Source: Micavibrio sp. UBA6145 | Lineage (GTDB): Bacteria > Pseudomonadota > Alphaproteobacteria > Micavibrionales > UBA1664 | Direction of reading: 5' to 3' | Assembly: GCA_002423205.1 (NCBI GenBank) | Contig: DIUZ01000002.1 | Span: 129,409 to 193,408 of the forward strand | DNA length: 64,000 nucleotides | Shown here: positions 19,994 to 30,769 of the stretch, piece after piece | Position numbering within the stretch: the stretch's first letter is position 1 | Layout: each line of letters starts with the position of its first letter | Program-made: the position numbers and the translations under genes | Notes under the pieces: model-generated | The model's input: the letters and a program-made list of their open reading frames with translations, nothing else | The model's database searches: none | Told to the model about the DNA's origin: nothing

Positions 19994-20977
19994 ATGAGCA
20001 ATATGGCACTCATGGGGGGATCGCGTATTTGGGTGGCGGGTTCGCGCGGCATGGCCGGTGCGGCCATCACCCGCGCCTTGGGCGCCAAAGGCATCAAAAC
20101 CATTGATGATCCATCACGTGAGAAACTTGATTTAAGATGTCAGGAAGACGTGGAAAAATGGATTCGTTCAAAGCGACCGGATGTCATCTATCTTGCCGCC
20201 GCCCGCGTCGGCGGCATTGTCGATAATGCCGAGCATCCGGCTGATTTCATCACCGACAATCTGCAGATTGAAACCAATGTCATCACCGCCGCCGCCAAGG
20301 CGCGCGTGGGTAAGCTGGTTTTCCTTGGCTCAAGCTGCATCTACCCGCGCATGGCCCCGCAGCCGATGCGCGAAGAGGACCTGATGACCGGCCCGCTGGA
20401 AGACACCAACCGCGCCTATGCCATCGCCAAGCTTGCGGGGCTTGAACTGGTGCGGGCTTATCGCCAGCAATACGGCTGTGACTTTATCTCCGTCCTGCCG
20501 TGCAACCTTTACGGCCCGGGCGATACCTATAACGCGCATCGCAGCCATGTTATCCCGGCGCTGATGCTTAAAATTCGTGCGGCGATGGAAACCGACCAGT
20601 CCCATACCTCGCATATCAAGGTCTGGGGCACCGGCAATGCCCGCCGCGAATTCATGCATGTCGATGACATGGCCGATGCCGTCGTGCACCTGGCGGGTAC
20701 CTATAGCGGCGCGTCACCGGTGAATATCGGCACGGGGGAAGAGATCAGCATCCGCGACCTGACCCATATGCTGTGCGAAATTGCCGGGTATAAGGGTGCC
20801 ATTGTCTTTGATACATCCAAACCCGACGGCGCACCGCGCAAGATTCTGGATTGCACCCGCCTGTACGCGACGGGCTGGCAGTATAAAATCACACTGAAGC
20901 AGGGGCTGGACGCGGTATGGCAGGATTACCTGACCACCGCGCATCAGACGCATCACCCGCGCAAACGCACGGCGTAA
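19994..20977 (+). CDS. fcl: GDP-L-fucose synthase
   Basis: IWVAGSRGMAGAAITRAL, NRAYAIAKLAG and NLYGPGD, directly after gmd. Confidence 0.85.
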   Translation: MSNMALMGGSRIWVAGSRGMAGAAITRALGAKGIKTIDDPSREKLDLRCQEDVEKWIRSKRPDVIYLAAARVGGIVDNAEHPADFITDNLQIETNVITAAAKARVGKLVFLGSSCIYPRMAPQPMREEDLMTGPLEDTNRAYAIAKLAGLELVRAYRQQYGCDFISVLPCNLYGPGDTYNAHRSHVIPALMLKIRAAMETDQSHTSHIKVWGTGNARREFMHVDDMADAVVHLAGTYSGASPVNIGTGEEISIRDLTHMLCEIAGYKGAIVFDTSKPDGAPRKILDCTRLYATGWQYKITLKQGLDAVWQDYLTTAHQTHHPRKRTA

Positions 20978-20997
20978 GCGTTCTTTTAAAAACGATG

Positions 20998-21819
20998 TTA
21001 CTTCTTGGCCGCTTTTTTCGGGGCTTCGTCGACAACCGGCTTCTGGCCGCCAGCCGCCGGGCGTGAACCGCCGCGGTTGTATTCAAGCTGGGCACGGTTC
21101 AGCTGGAAACCAAGGGTGATCGTGTATTGCGGGCCCTTGGTGATGTCGTCCATTGGGATGGTCTGGGTGATTTTTTCGGCATGGTCCAGATCATCGACCT
21201 GCGGCTTGAAGCGCATGGCGGTTGCCATGATTTTCTTGTCGATCATCTTGCCGGCCGGGTCCATGACCGCGACGAAATACGGGAAGGTCATGAAGGCTTC
21301 CAGGTCCTTGCGGCCTTCGTAACGGCCTTTGTCGGAGATGCGGCCCTGCATGATCATGTCGACGTCAACGACGACGCCGTCTTTCGTGTAGTCACAGCCG
21401 CCCTTGATATCAACCAGTGATGCGCGTGCGACCATGGTGCCGGTGGGCTTGCCTTCCGGATCGTCGAAATAGGTGATGGATTTGGTGTCCGGCAGAACTT
21501 CAACAGCCGGGCATTCTTTCGGCGCGTTGGCCGGGGCCGGGTTTGCAGACTTGGCAGCAGAGGCGATGGCCGACGGTGCGGTGTCTTCGGCCGTGACGGC
21601 TTCAACCGGGACGGCGGGCGGGGTCGGGTTGTCGGACGTGCCCATGACCGAGGACATTTCCTTGGCCTCAGCGGCGGACGTGGCCGGGGCCGGTGCAGGC
21701 GTGGCGGCAGCCGGCGGCGGGGGCGCGTCTGACTCGCTGCCGGTCCATTTTTTGACGGTACCGCAGGCGGAAAGAGACAGGGCGGCGAAAGCAGCGGAGG
21801 CGAGCAGAAGGGTGCGCAT
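20998..21819 (-). CDS. Lipoprotein of unknown function with a Pro/Ala-rich linker
   Basis: Signal peptide plus lipobox (LSLSACG), low-complexity PA-rich region, globular C-terminus. Confidence 0.6.
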   Translation of the reverse strand: MRTLLLASAAFAALSLSACGTVKKWTGSESDAPPPPAAATPAPAPATSAAEAKEMSSVMGTSDNPTPPAVPVEAVTAEDTAPSAIASAAKSANPAPANAPKECPAVEVLPDTKSITYFDDPEGKPTGTMVARASLVDIKGGCDYTKDGVVVDVDMIMQGRISDKGRYEGRKDLEAFMTFPYFVAVMDPAGKMIDKKIMATAMRFKPQVDDLDHAEKITQTIPMDDITKGPQYTITLGFQLNRAQLEYNRGGSRPAAGGQKPVVDEAPKKAAKK

Positions 21820-21908
21820 GTGTAAAACCTGACCTTTAAAATAATGGCTTCAAGGGCGATAGAATCAGCCCGGTAGCATTTCAACAGAGTCTGCCTTATG
21901 TTGCGCGC

Positions 21909-22865
21909 ATGGACAAGATGGACATGACCCTCCTTTTGGCCGCACCCCGGGGCTTTTGCGCCGGTGTGGACCGGGCCATTCAGATCGTAGAGCGGGCTTT
22001 GGAGCGCTTTGGCGCCCCGGTCTATGTCCGTCACGAAATTGTGCATAACAAATACGTGGTCGACGCCCTCCGGGACAAGGGGGCGGTTTTCGTCGAAGAA
22101 CTTTCCGAAATCCCGGGCGAGCACACCGACCGCCCGGTCGTATTTTCGGCCCATGGCGTGGCTAAATCCGTCCATGACGATGCCAAGGGCCGCAATATGT
22201 TCGCCATCGATGCGACATGCCCGCTGGTCACCAAGGTCCATAACGAAGCCCAGCGCCACTGGCGCGAGGGGCGTAAGGTCATCCTGATCGGCCATGCCGG
22301 CCACCCTGAAGTGTTCGGCACGATGGGCCAGTTGCCGGAGGGCGCGGTCATTCTGGTTGAAAACATCGCCGACGTCGAAAAACTGACCATCAGCGACGAT
22401 ACCGCGCTGGCCTATGCCACGCAGACGACCCTGTCGGTCGATGACACGGCGGAGGTGATTGAGGCCTTGAAAAAGAAATTCCCCAAAATCGCCGGTCCGG
22501 GCCGCGAAGACATCTGCTACGCCACCACCAACCGCCAGGAAGCGGTCAAGGCCATCGCGCCCAAAATCGACGCGCTGCTGGTCATCGGTGCGCCCAACTC
22601 GTCCAATTCCAACCGCCTTGTCGAGGTCGCTAAAAACTATGGCTGCCCGCAGGCCATGCTGATCCAGCGTGCTGCCGATATTGACTGGAACTGGCTGGGT
22701 GCGGCGAAAATCGTCGGCCTGACCGCCGGCGCATCCGCCCCCGACGTTCTGGTCGATGAAGTGGTGGAGGCGTTTAAACAGCGTTTCAACATCAAGCTGG
22801 ACGTCGTCACGATCCGCGAGGAAAACGTCACTTTCCGGCTTCCGCGCCAGTTGGAAGTTGCTTAA
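21909..22865 (+). CDS. ispH: 4-hydroxy-3-methylbut-2-enyl diphosphate reductase
   Basis: [26 protein letters not shown] and NSSNSNRL motifs. Confidence 0.9.
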   Translation: MDKMDMTLLLAAPRGFCAGVDRAIQIVERALERFGAPVYVRHEIVHNKYVVDALRDKGAVFVEELSEIPGEHTDRPVVFSAHGVAKSVHDDAKGRNMFAIDATCPLVTKVHNEAQRHWREGRKVILIGHAGHPEVFGTMGQLPEGAVILVENIADVEKLTISDDTALAYATQTTLSVDDTAEVIEALKKKFPKIAGPGREDICYATTNRQEAVKAIAPKIDALLVIGAPNSSNSNRLVEVAKNYGCPQAMLIQRAADIDWNWLGAAKIVGLTAGASAPDVLVDEVVEAFKQRFNIKLDVVTIREENVTFRLPRQLEVA

Positions 22866-22874
22866 CGTCCACAT

Positions 22875-23792
22875 ATGGCCGTTTACACCCGCATCGATGC
22901 AGACGAGGTAAAGGCGTTCCTTCGCATATGCGATGTGGGCGAATATATCGGCCATGACGGCATCACGCAGGGCGTCGAAAACACCAATTACCTTCTCGCC
23001 ACGACCAGGGGCCGTTTCATCCTGACGCTGGTGGAAAAACGCACCGCACCTGCCGATCTGCCGTTTATCTTTTCCTACATGACGCATCTGGCCGCCGCCG
23101 GCATGCCGGTGCCCAACGTGCTGGCACAGGGCATCATCCTTGAAAAGCCTGCCGCCATCATCGAATTCCTGGAAGGCAAGGCGATCATCGGCATGGAAAC
23201 ATTGCCCCAGCACTGCGCACAGATCGGCGCGGCGCTGGCGCAGATGCACCGCGCATCCGAAAGTTTCACCATGACGCGCGAAAACCCCGTCGGCATCGAA
23301 CAATGGGACACGCTGTTCAACGCGGTGAAACCTGAAATCAATTCCGACACGGCCGCCGCGATTGATCGTGCGCTGGCTGAATCGCGCCGCGCCAACTGGT
23401 CGAAACTGCCCGCGGGTGCCATTCACGCCGATCTGTTCCGCGATAACGCGTTCTTCAAAAACGGCAGTCTTAGCGGCATTATCGATTTCTATTTCGCCTG
23501 CACCGCGCCTTATGTGTACGACCTTGCGATCACCGTGAATGCATGGTGTTTCGACCGCGAAAACAAACCGCGCGCGGAACTGGTGGCGGCACTGGTCAAT
23601 GCGTATCAGCAGATCCGCCCATTAAGCGATGACGAGAAAAATGCATTTCCGCATCTGCGCCGCACGGCGGCTTTACGCATTCTCATGACACGTTTATACG
23701 ATTGGTTCTTCACGGCGCCGGGGGCGCAGGTCACGCGCCACAACCCGATGGAATATCTCGCCAAACTCGAATGCAGGTATCAATGGCTGTAG
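22875..23792 (+). CDS. thrB: Homoserine kinase (APH-fold ThrB type found in alphaproteobacteria)
   Basis: [16 protein letters not shown]...GVENTNYLL...IHADLFRDN; conserved ispH-thrB-rnhA order. Confidence 0.8.
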   Translation: MAVYTRIDADEVKAFLRICDVGEYIGHDGITQGVENTNYLLATTRGRFILTLVEKRTAPADLPFIFSYMTHLAAAGMPVPNVLAQGIILEKPAAIIEFLEGKAIIGMETLPQHCAQIGAALAQMHRASESFTMTRENPVGIEQWDTLFNAVKPEINSDTAAAIDRALAESRRANWSKLPAGAIHADLFRDNAFFKNGSLSGIIDFYFACTAPYVYDLAITVNAWCFDRENKPRAELVAALVNAYQQIRPLSDDEKNAFPHLRRTAALRILMTRLYDWFFTAPGAQVTRHNPMEYLAKLECRYQWL

Positions 23793-24211
23793 AAATATTT
23801 ACCGACGGTGCCTGTTCCGGCAACCCCGGACCCGGCGGCTGGGGCGTATTGCTGCGCTTTAATGGCACCGAAAAAACCTTAAGCGGCGGTGAGGCGCTGA
23901 CAACCAACAACCGCATGGAATTGATGGCCGCCATTTCCGGCCTTGAGGCTCTCAAAAAACCCTGCGACGTCACCCTGTATACCGACAGCAAATACGTCAT
24001 GGACGGCATAACCAAGTATATGCCCAACTGGATTGCCAAAGGCTGGAAGACGGCGGACCGCAAGGACGTGAAGAATCAGGACCTCTGGCAACGACTCAAC
24101 GCGGCCATCGCGCCACATAAAGTGCGCTGGGAATGGGTCAAAGGCCATGCGGGCCACGCGGAAAACGAATTGGTCGACGAACTCGCGCGCAACGCCGTTC
24201 CAAAGCCTTAG
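23783..24211 (+). CDS. rnhA: Ribonuclease HI
   Basis: [21 protein letters not shown]...TNNRMEL...TDSKYV...[18 protein letters not shown]. Start trimmed; it overlaps the thrB stop by 10 nt. Confidence 0.9.
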   Translation: MAVEIFTDGACSGNPGPGGWGVLLRFNGTEKTLSGGEALTTNNRMELMAAISGLEALKKPCDVTLYTDSKYVMDGITKYMPNWIAKGWKTADRKDVKNQDLWQRLNAAIAPHKVRWEWVKGHAGHAENELVDELARNAVPKP

Positions 24212-24325
24212 CCGACATTATCCACAGGGCACCGCGCAGATTCTTTAGGGATTCAGATTCCGTTAAGGGTTTGGGCGCGATCCTTTGTTCAAGGGCAAAA
24301 GCCTGACGAACAAAGGAGGCTACCA

Positions 24326-24766
24326 ATGACCACCACTTTGTTACCGCGCACCAGAACGATAGCGCACACATCCACCATCCTGCCGTGCCTGCCGGAAAAT
24401 GTCGGCCCCGCCGAGCGCGATATTTACTTCGGTTTCATCCGCGCCCTGCGTGAAGGCTCGTCCCGCCGCATGGAAGTCCGCATCATGACCGCCATCCACC
24501 GCGCCGCCGATGTCACCGACAATTCAGACGCCTATGTCAGCCGCACGCTGGTCGATATGGGGCTTATGGCACCCCGCCTGGCATTCCCCGGCGACTTCCT
24601 GGACCATGTGGACGCAACGCTGGTCCGTGGCCGCCCCTTACGCACCATTCCGGCATCCTACACCGCGCTGGCCCACCACTGGGCCGCGATTGGCGAAGAT
24701 TTGTACGCCCTAAGCGACTTCCGCAAGGGCCGCGAACAACCGGGCAGCCATTACATCCACGCATAA
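24326..24766 (+). CDS. Hypothetical protein (146 aa)
   Basis: Good RBS (AAAGGAGG) 7 nt upstream. I recognise no motif. Confidence 0.45.
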   Translation: MTTTLLPRTRTIAHTSTILPCLPENVGPAERDIYFGFIRALREGSSRRMEVRIMTAIHRAADVTDNSDAYVSRTLVDMGLMAPRLAFPGDFLDHVDATLVRGRPLRTIPASYTALAHHWAAIGEDLYALSDFRKGREQPGSHYIHA

Positions 24767-24863
24767 GGTTTTTTCTCCTCCCCCAGAGTGCACTTAAAAC
24801 CCGCCCAAGGAATGGCCGTCCCCCGGCTTTTCTTTGGGTGTTGGTTTATGGTACTTTTAAGAT

Positions 24864-25355
24864 ATGCCGTACAAGTTCGACAAACTCAGCGTTCTGGTCG
24901 TCGAGGACAATGCCCCGATGCTGGAGGTTGTCGTCAATTCCCTGAAACTGCTGGGCGTAGGCAAGGTCTTTCAGGCCCGCAACGGCGATGCCGGGTATCA
25001 GGTATTTCTGAAAGAGCGCCCGGACGTCGTCATCACCGACTGGGAAATGGAACCGGTCGACGGTCTTGAACTGGTCGAATGGATGCGCCGCCATGCATCA
25101 TCCCCCAAACGAAACGTGCCCGTCATCATGATGACGGGGTACGCCGCAACCGCCCGCGTGGCCGCCGCGCGTGATCAGGGCGTCACCGAATTTCTGGTCA
25201 AACCATTCACCGCCAACGAACTGGCCAGACGCATCGCCTACGTGATTGATGCGCCGCGCGACTTCGTCGAAACCAACGAATTTTTCGGCCCCGATCGCCG
25301 CCGCCGCAAAGGCCATGAACACAGCGACGAACGCCGCAAGGAAGACGACGAATAA
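24864..25355 (+). CDS. Single-domain response regulator (CheY-like receiver)
   Basis: VLVVEDN...VVITDWEMEPVDGLEL...VIMMTGY...EFLVKPF, with a basic/acidic tail. Confidence 0.85.
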   Translation: MPYKFDKLSVLVVEDNAPMLEVVVNSLKLLGVGKVFQARNGDAGYQVFLKERPDVVITDWEMEPVDGLELVEWMRRHASSPKRNVPVIMMTGYAATARVAAARDQGVTEFLVKPFTANELARRIAYVIDAPRDFVETNEFFGPDRRRRKGHEHSDERRKEDDE

Positions 25356-25879
25356 TGGCAAAAAAAGATAAATACGGCCCGCGCGAAACCCTGCCACGCT
25401 ACTTCAAGGCGGATTTCGAGCTGCAGCAGAAAGTCGGCACCGGCCAACTGGACGCGACAGCCGTGGCGCGGGTGCAGGACTATCTCGACAAGGTCGATAT
25501 CGACGTCACGCCCGATCTGCGCGCGTCGATGGATGTCATTGCCGCCAATCTGGATGAAGCCCGCGCCTTGTCTTACGACCGCGAACAGTTTTTGCCCGTC
25601 ATCTCGCGCGAGCTGATGAACATCAAGGCGATGTCAGGCATGTTCCGCCAGATGATGGTCTGCCGCGTATCGGCATTCGTCCTGACGTTTCTGGAAGACA
25701 TCAAAAAAGTCGATAACGATGTGCTGGGGATTCTGACCGTGTACCTGAATGTCGTGCGCAGCCTGATGGACCGCAAGATCACGGATGACACCAACGCGCA
25801 CGGACAGGCATTCCTTCAGGAAATCCGCGCCGCCTGCAAACGCTACTACGACAAACAGTCGGCAGCGGTTAAAGGGTAA
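25355..25879 (+). CDS. Hypothetical helical protein translationally coupled to the response regulator
   Basis: Its ATG overlaps the receiver-gene stop (TAATG). 174 aa, predicted helical. Confidence 0.5.
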   Translation: MAKKDKYGPRETLPRYFKADFELQQKVGTGQLDATAVARVQDYLDKVDIDVTPDLRASMDVIAANLDEARALSYDREQFLPVISRELMNIKAMSGMFRQMMVCRVSAFVLTFLEDIKKVDNDVLGILTVYLNVVRSLMDRKITDDTNAHGQAFLQEIRAACKRYYDKQSAAVKG

Positions 25880-25883
25880 TCAA

Positions 25884-27929
25884 TTAATCGTTAAACGGAC
25901 CGTCGATGATCGGGCGCATGCGGCGCTCCGACGGGACGAACATGTTCGGCTGCTGCGCGGCGGGCAGGGGCTGGGCTGTAGCGCCGTCGACAGGCTGGCC
26001 GTCGGCACCGAACAGGCGGTTGAACACGCCGCCCAGATTGTTGGAGATGGCGGTGCCAAGGCCAACCGCATACGGGTCTTCATTGGTCAGTGCGGTAATC
26101 GGCCGGCCCTGCTGGGCGGCGGCGGCTACCTGGCGGAAGATATCGGCGGGCGCGTTGCCACCGTATTGTTTGTTCATTCTCTGGTTGTTGTCATACCCGA
26201 CCCAGACTGCAGCCGTAATGACGGGTGAAATACCCATGAACCATGTGTCGCGGTAATCCGACGACGTGCCGGTTTTGCCCGCCACCATGAACCCGGGATA
26301 GGCACGGCCGCCGGTGCCGCGTGTGACGACTTCCTGCATCATCGCCAGAAGCTTACGGCATGCGCTGGCGTCAAGCACCGGTGCTTCTTCAACGGCCTCG
26401 TGGCGATACAGAATGTCGTCATTACCGTCGCGGATGCTGACAATGCCGTAAGGCACGGTCGGCACGCCGTAATTGGCAATCGTATTATACGCGGTCGTCA
26501 TTTCCAGTGCGGTGACCTCGGATGCGCCCAGCGCAAGGCTGGGGGTCGGCATCAGGTCGGACACGATACCCGCGCGCTGCGCCACATCGACAACCGCGCC
26601 AATGCCCACATGGGACGCAAGATTGACCGTGGCGGTGTTGAGCGACAGGGCGAAGGCCGATGTCATCGGCACTTCGCCGTGATACTGGCCGTCGTGGTTG
26701 GTCGGGGTATAGCCGCCGATATTGATCGGGGCGTCCAGAATCGGGTCGCCCGGCTGCACGCCTTTTTCAAGCGCCGCCAGATAGACGAAGGCCTTGAACG
26801 CCGAACCCGGCTGGCGCATCGCCTGTGTTGCGCGGTTGAATTGTGAATCGCGGTAATTGCGCCCGCCCAGCATCGCGCGGATGGCGCCGTCACGGTCCAT
26901 GGCGACGACGGCGACCTGCGGCTGCTTGGCCGTATCGACTTTAAAGAATTGTTCGATGGATGATTTTGCGGCGTCAGATGTCGCGCGCTGCAGTTTGGAA
27001 TCCAGCGTGGTGACGATGACAAGATCAGCGCCCGAAACACCGATCAGGTCATTGGCGCGGTCCAGCACCCAGTCGGTGAAATACCGGCTGCCCATGTTGC
27101 TGTCATGCAGGTTGATGGGCTTGCGCGGCGGTACCGGGCGGCCACTGGCCTGTTTCTCTTCTTTCTTGGTCTCAAGGAAGCCCGCATCTTCCATCGCGTC
27201 CAGAACCATGTTCATGCGGTTCAATGCTGCATCCGGGTTATTGTCGGGCGAAAGCCGGGCCGGGGCCTTAAGCAGACCGGCCAGCATGGCGGATTCCTCA
27301 AGCGTCAGCTGCGTCGCCGGCTTGTCGAAATACACACGCGCGGCGGCATCAATGCCGTAAGCGCCGGAACCGAAATAAACCCGGTTCAGATACGCGGTCA
27401 GAATTTCTTCCTTGGTGTATTTGGTCTCAAGCCAGACGGCCAGAATGGCTTCCTGGATCTTGCGCTTGAACGTACGTTCCGGTTTCAGGAACAGGTTTTT
27501 GGCAAGCTGCTGCGTGATCGTCGATCCGCCCTGGACGACGCGGCCGCTGGTGAAGTTGGTGACGGCCGCGCGCAGCAGACCGATCGGGTCGACACCGAAA
27601 TGGTAATGGAAGCGGCGGTCTTCAATCGCCATGACGGCGTTGCCGACATGCGGGGGCAGATCCTGCACGCGCACACGGTTGCCCGACGTCTCGCCGTAAG
27701 TGGCCAGCACGGTCTGTCCGTCATTGGCCAGAACCACGACCGAGCGTTTGCGTTCAAAGTTGGATTTTTTAGTCAGGGCGATCAGGTCTTTGCCATACCA
27801 CAGCAACACACCCGACAGGACAATCCCGCCCCAGATGGCAAGCACGAACATCCATTTGAAAGCAGTGCCAAGCAAACCGCTGCGCGGGTTGCTGTCATCA
27901 TCAAAATCGGAACGGGATCGTCTGGCCAT
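25884..27929 (-). CDS. mrcA: Bifunctional class A penicillin-binding protein (transglycosylase/transpeptidase)
   Basis: GT51 motifs (AIEDRRFHYHFGVDP, GGSTITQQLAKN) and transpeptidase motifs SAFK, SLN and KTGT. Confidence 0.85.
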   Translation of the reverse strand: MARRSRSDFDDDSNPRSGLLGTAFKWMFVLAIWGGIVLSGVLLWYGKDLIALTKKSNFERKRSVVVLANDGQTVLATYGETSGNRVRVQDLPPHVGNAVMAIEDRRFHYHFGVDPIGLLRAAVTNFTSGRVVQGGSTITQQLAKNLFLKPERTFKRKIQEAILAVWLETKYTKEEILTAYLNRVYFGSGAYGIDAAARVYFDKPATQLTLEESAMLAGLLKAPARLSPDNNPDAALNRMNMVLDAMEDAGFLETKKEEKQASGRPVPPRKPINLHDSNMGSRYFTDWVLDRANDLIGVSGADLVIVTTLDSKLQRATSDAAKSSIEQFFKVDTAKQPQVAVVAMDRDGAIRAMLGGRNYRDSQFNRATQAMRQPGSAFKAFVYLAALEKGVQPGDPILDAPINIGGYTPTNHDGQYHGEVPMTSAFALSLNTATVNLASHVGIGAVVDVAQRAGIVSDLMPTPSLALGASEVTALEMTTAYNTIANYGVPTVPYGIVSIRDGNDDILYRHEAVEEAPVLDASACRKLLAMMQEVVTRGTGGRAYPGFMVAGKTGTSSDYRDTWFMGISPVITAAVWVGYDNNQRMNKQYGGNAPADIFRQVAAAAQQGRPITALTNEDPYAVGLGTAISNNLGGVFNRLFGADGQPVDGATAQPLPAAQQPNMFVPSERRMRPIIDGPFND

Positions 27930-27976
27930 GGCTGGCGCTTAACATGATGAAATTATAAGGCAAAAACAAGGCCTTT

Positions 27977-28891
27977 TCAGAGCAGGCGGGGCAAAACCAG
28001 CGGAATGGCGGCAATCGCCACGATGGTCGATACCAGCACCAGCATCGCGGCGTCCCGGATCGGGGCGTTATTGGCCGCCGCATAGGCGGGAAGGTTGGCA
28101 GCAACCGGGGCCATGGACAGGACAAGGATCAGCTTGTGGACATCCGCCCCGAACAGGCCCGGATCAAGGACGGCAAAGGCCAGCGCCGCCAGCGGCCACA
28201 GCAAAAACTTGCCGGTAAAGGCGATGGCGGACAGGCGCGGGTTCACGGCAAACCCCCTGGCCTGCGCCAGCGCGATACCCGCGATCATCATGCCGACCAC
28301 GACATACGCGCCCTTGCACAGATCCCATAATTTGATGGCCGGTGCGGGCAGGCCGATATGCAAGGCTGCGAATATCAGACCAATGATCAGCGCATATAAA
28401 ACCGGCAACCCCGCCACGCGTTTGAATGCATCCCGCGACGACAATTGCCCGCGGGCTACAAAGTAAAAACCAACGCTGGTCTCAAACACGACCACACCAA
28501 GATTGGCCAGAAAATATGTGCCCGCCGCTTCCGGCCCGAACAGCGCCAGCGCAATGGGCAGGCCGAAATAGCCGGTATTGCCCGAACCGCATGCCACGGG
28601 CAGCAACCCAGCCTCGCTCCGGCCCACAAATTTGACGCCCACGGCGTAACTGGCCAGGCCAATGACGGCGGCAATAATGAATGTGCATACCGGCAGCAGG
28701 ATAAGGGCAGGGGTGAAATTCAGCTGTGCCGCAGACCCGAACGCCACCAGCGGCGTAATCGCGTAAATCGCAAGCGTGGCGACGGATTTAAGATCGATGT
28801 TTTGAAGTTTGCCGATGATAAAGCCCAGCAGGACAAGCGCGGCCAGCGGGATGCAGGTCGAAAACAGCAAACCCGTCATATCATCAGCCAC
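27977..28891 (-). CDS. AEC-family (auxin efflux carrier-like) permease
   Basis: 304 aa with about ten hydrophobic segments and AEC-like sequence pattern. Confidence 0.65.
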   Translation of the reverse strand: MADDMTGLLFSTCIPLAALVLLGFIIGKLQNIDLKSVATLAIYAITPLVAFGSAAQLNFTPALILLPVCTFIIAAVIGLASYAVGVKFVGRSEAGLLPVACGSGNTGYFGLPIALALFGPEAAGTYFLANLGVVVFETSVGFYFVARGQLSSRDAFKRVAGLPVLYALIIGLIFAALHIGLPAPAIKLWDLCKGAYVVVGMMIAGIALAQARGFAVNPRLSAIAFTGKFLLWPLAALAFAVLDPGLFGADVHKLILVLSMAPVAANLPAYAAANNAPIRDAAMLVLVSTIVAIAAIPLVLPRLL

Positions 28892-30321
28892 GCAGCCAGG
28901 CCCAGGAACGACAGGAAGCCGATGCAGTCTGTCACCGTCGTCAGGAACACGGCAGACGCCAGCGCCGGGTCGATCTTCATTTTTTCAAGCACCAGCGGAA
29001 TAAGAATACCGAACAGACCCGCCGCGATCAGGTTGATGACCATCGCAAGTCCAATGACGACGCCCAGCAAATGGCTGTCGAACCACCACATGGCGATACC
29101 GCCGGTGATAAGGGCGAAGGCGGTGCCGTTCAGGAAACCGACGGCTGTTTCCTTGACGATCATGCGGGTCATGTTGGTGCGGGACAATTCCTTCATTGCA
29201 AGTGCGCGCACGGCCACGGTCAGTGTCTGCGTACCCGCATTGCCGCCCATGCCCGCAACGATGGGCATCAGCACGGCCAGCGCCACGATCTTCTCGATAG
29301 TGACTTCGAACAGGCCCACGACGCTGGACGCCAGGAAGGCCGTACCAAGATTGATTGCCAGCCACCAGAACCGCGACACGGCGGTGGGGACAAGGCCTTT
29401 GTAAAGGTCGGAACCGCCTTCGACACCGCCGAGGCGCAGGATATCTTCCTGTGCCTCTTCGGTGATAACGCCGACCACGTCATCGACGGTGATCACACCG
29501 ATGATGCGGTTGTTTTCATCGACCACGGGCGCGGATGTCAGTTCTTCACGCTGGAACAGGCGCGCGACGTCTTCCTGGTCGGTGGTGGCGCGAATGGGGT
29601 GAATGGCGTCCAGCGCCAGATCCTCGATCTTGGCCGAGCGGCGTGAACACAGAATACGGTTGAGCGGAATTTCACCGACAACGTGGTACATCGGGTCGAT
29701 GACGAAAATGACGGTGAAATGCTCAGGCAGTTCATTAGCCGCTTCACGCATGTAATCGATGGTTTTACCGACGGTCCAGAAACGCGGGATGGATACCACG
29801 TCCTGGCTCATCAGACGTCCGGCGGAATCCTCGGGGAAGGTCAGGCCTTCTTCCAGCGCTTCGCGGTCGTCGGCGGATAGTTTCAGCAGAATCTGCTTCT
29901 GGACGCGCGGGGACAGGTCTTCGATCAGTTGCACGGCGTCGTCGGTTTCAAGCGATGCGATCAGCTTGGCAACGCGGCCCGGTGTCATTTCTTCCAGTGT
30001 CTGGCGCGCGAGTTCAGGTGCCAGCCATGAAAACACCTCGGCGGTGAAGACATGTGAAAAACGGTCGATCAGGAATGTGCGGTCTTCGGTCCCGATTTTA
30101 GACAGAAGCTCGGCAGAATCCGCAGGTGAAAGTTCTTCAAGAAAAACACGTACGTCATCATCGCGCCCGTCATCGAGCGCGGTCAGGATGCTTTCGATGG
30201 CCTCGTCCGAAAGCGACGATTCGACAACGATATCACCCTCTTGTGCCATGGGCTCGGTCGTCAGGTCGATAGGTGTGTCGTCGCTTGCGGGCGTGTCCGG
30301 ATGGTTGTTGTCCGTACGCAT
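28876..30321 (-). CDS. mgtE: Magnesium transporter
   Basis: N-terminal MgtE_N, tandem CBS-like region and a C-terminal membrane domain with GMGGNAGTQ. Confidence 0.9.
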   Translation of the reverse strand: MRTDNNHPDTPASDDTPIDLTTEPMAQEGDIVVESSLSDEAIESILTALDDGRDDDVRVFLEELSPADSAELLSKIGTEDRTFLIDRFSHVFTAEVFSWLAPELARQTLEEMTPGRVAKLIASLETDDAVQLIEDLSPRVQKQILLKLSADDREALEEGLTFPEDSAGRLMSQDVVSIPRFWTVGKTIDYMREAANELPEHFTVIFVIDPMYHVVGEIPLNRILCSRRSAKIEDLALDAIHPIRATTDQEDVARLFQREELTSAPVVDENNRIIGVITVDDVVGVITEEAQEDILRLGGVEGGSDLYKGLVPTAVSRFWWLAINLGTAFLASSVVGLFEVTIEKIVALAVLMPIVAGMGGNAGTQTLTVAVRALAMKELSRTNMTRMIVKETAVGFLNGTAFALITGGIAMWWFDSHLLGVVIGLAMVINLIAAGLFGILIPLVLEKMKIDPALASAVFLTTVTDCIGFLSFLGLAAWLMI

Positions 30322-30385
30322 GCCCTACTTATACGCGGGTCAGGGTTTAAGGCCAGAAAATATTAAGCAGGTCTTTCGGGAAGCT

Positions 30386-30769
30386 TTACGGGCGGTTGGC
30401 AAGGCGCACGAAATTGCCGCCCGGCTTCGGCCAGCATGACCGGCGGCTCAGGCAGCTGGGCAGGTCGCGGCTGGCGCGGATATGCATGTCGTCGTCCAGC
30501 GCCTGGAGAAAATAATACATTTCCCGCTTGCCGCGCTTGCCGGTGGCGGTTTCATTGCACGCGACGACGGTGATGTAATCATCCTGGGCGAAAATTGTGC
30601 ATTCGCCGCGCGTGCCGTCTGTCCAGATCATGGAATCGCCGCGCACCAGTACATCAATCTTGAGGCTGGACCAATGGCCGCACGCGCCCGAGTAGCACAT
30701 ATCCGCGCGCGCCGGGGAGGCGGTCATAAAAGCCACAGCAAAAGCGCATACGGCAAGAAATCGGGTCAT
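30386..30769 (-). CDS. Secreted Cys-containing protein, tandem paralog 1
   Basis: Start trimmed to MTRFLAVCAFAVAFMTASPARA (signal peptide). It shares a conserved Cys pattern with the upstream gene. Its ATG overlaps the upstream stop (ATGA). Confidence 0.5.
   Translation of the reverse strand: MTRFLAVCAFAVAFMTASPARADMCYSGACGHWSSLKIDVLVRGDSMIWTDGTRGECTIFAQDDYITVVACNETATGKRGKREMYYFLQALDDDMHIRASRDLPSCLSRRSCWPKPGGNFVRLANRP

Noticed and set aside
21354-23426. 690-aa minus-strand ORF, the longest unassigned ORF in the track
   Set aside because: It runs antisense to the well-supported ispH and thrB genes and the lipoprotein gene. Its translation is Arg/Gly/Ala/Pro-rich, low-complexity and motif-free. 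This is a typical shadow ORF in GC-rich DNA.
28445-29404. 319-aa plus-strand ORF (similarly 15773-16633, 4571-5431, 38600-39205 and 35851-36666 on the opposite strand of strong genes)
   Set aside because: All are antisense shadows of genes with clear family signatures (AEC/mgtE, aatA, kinase-like gene, secD, serS).
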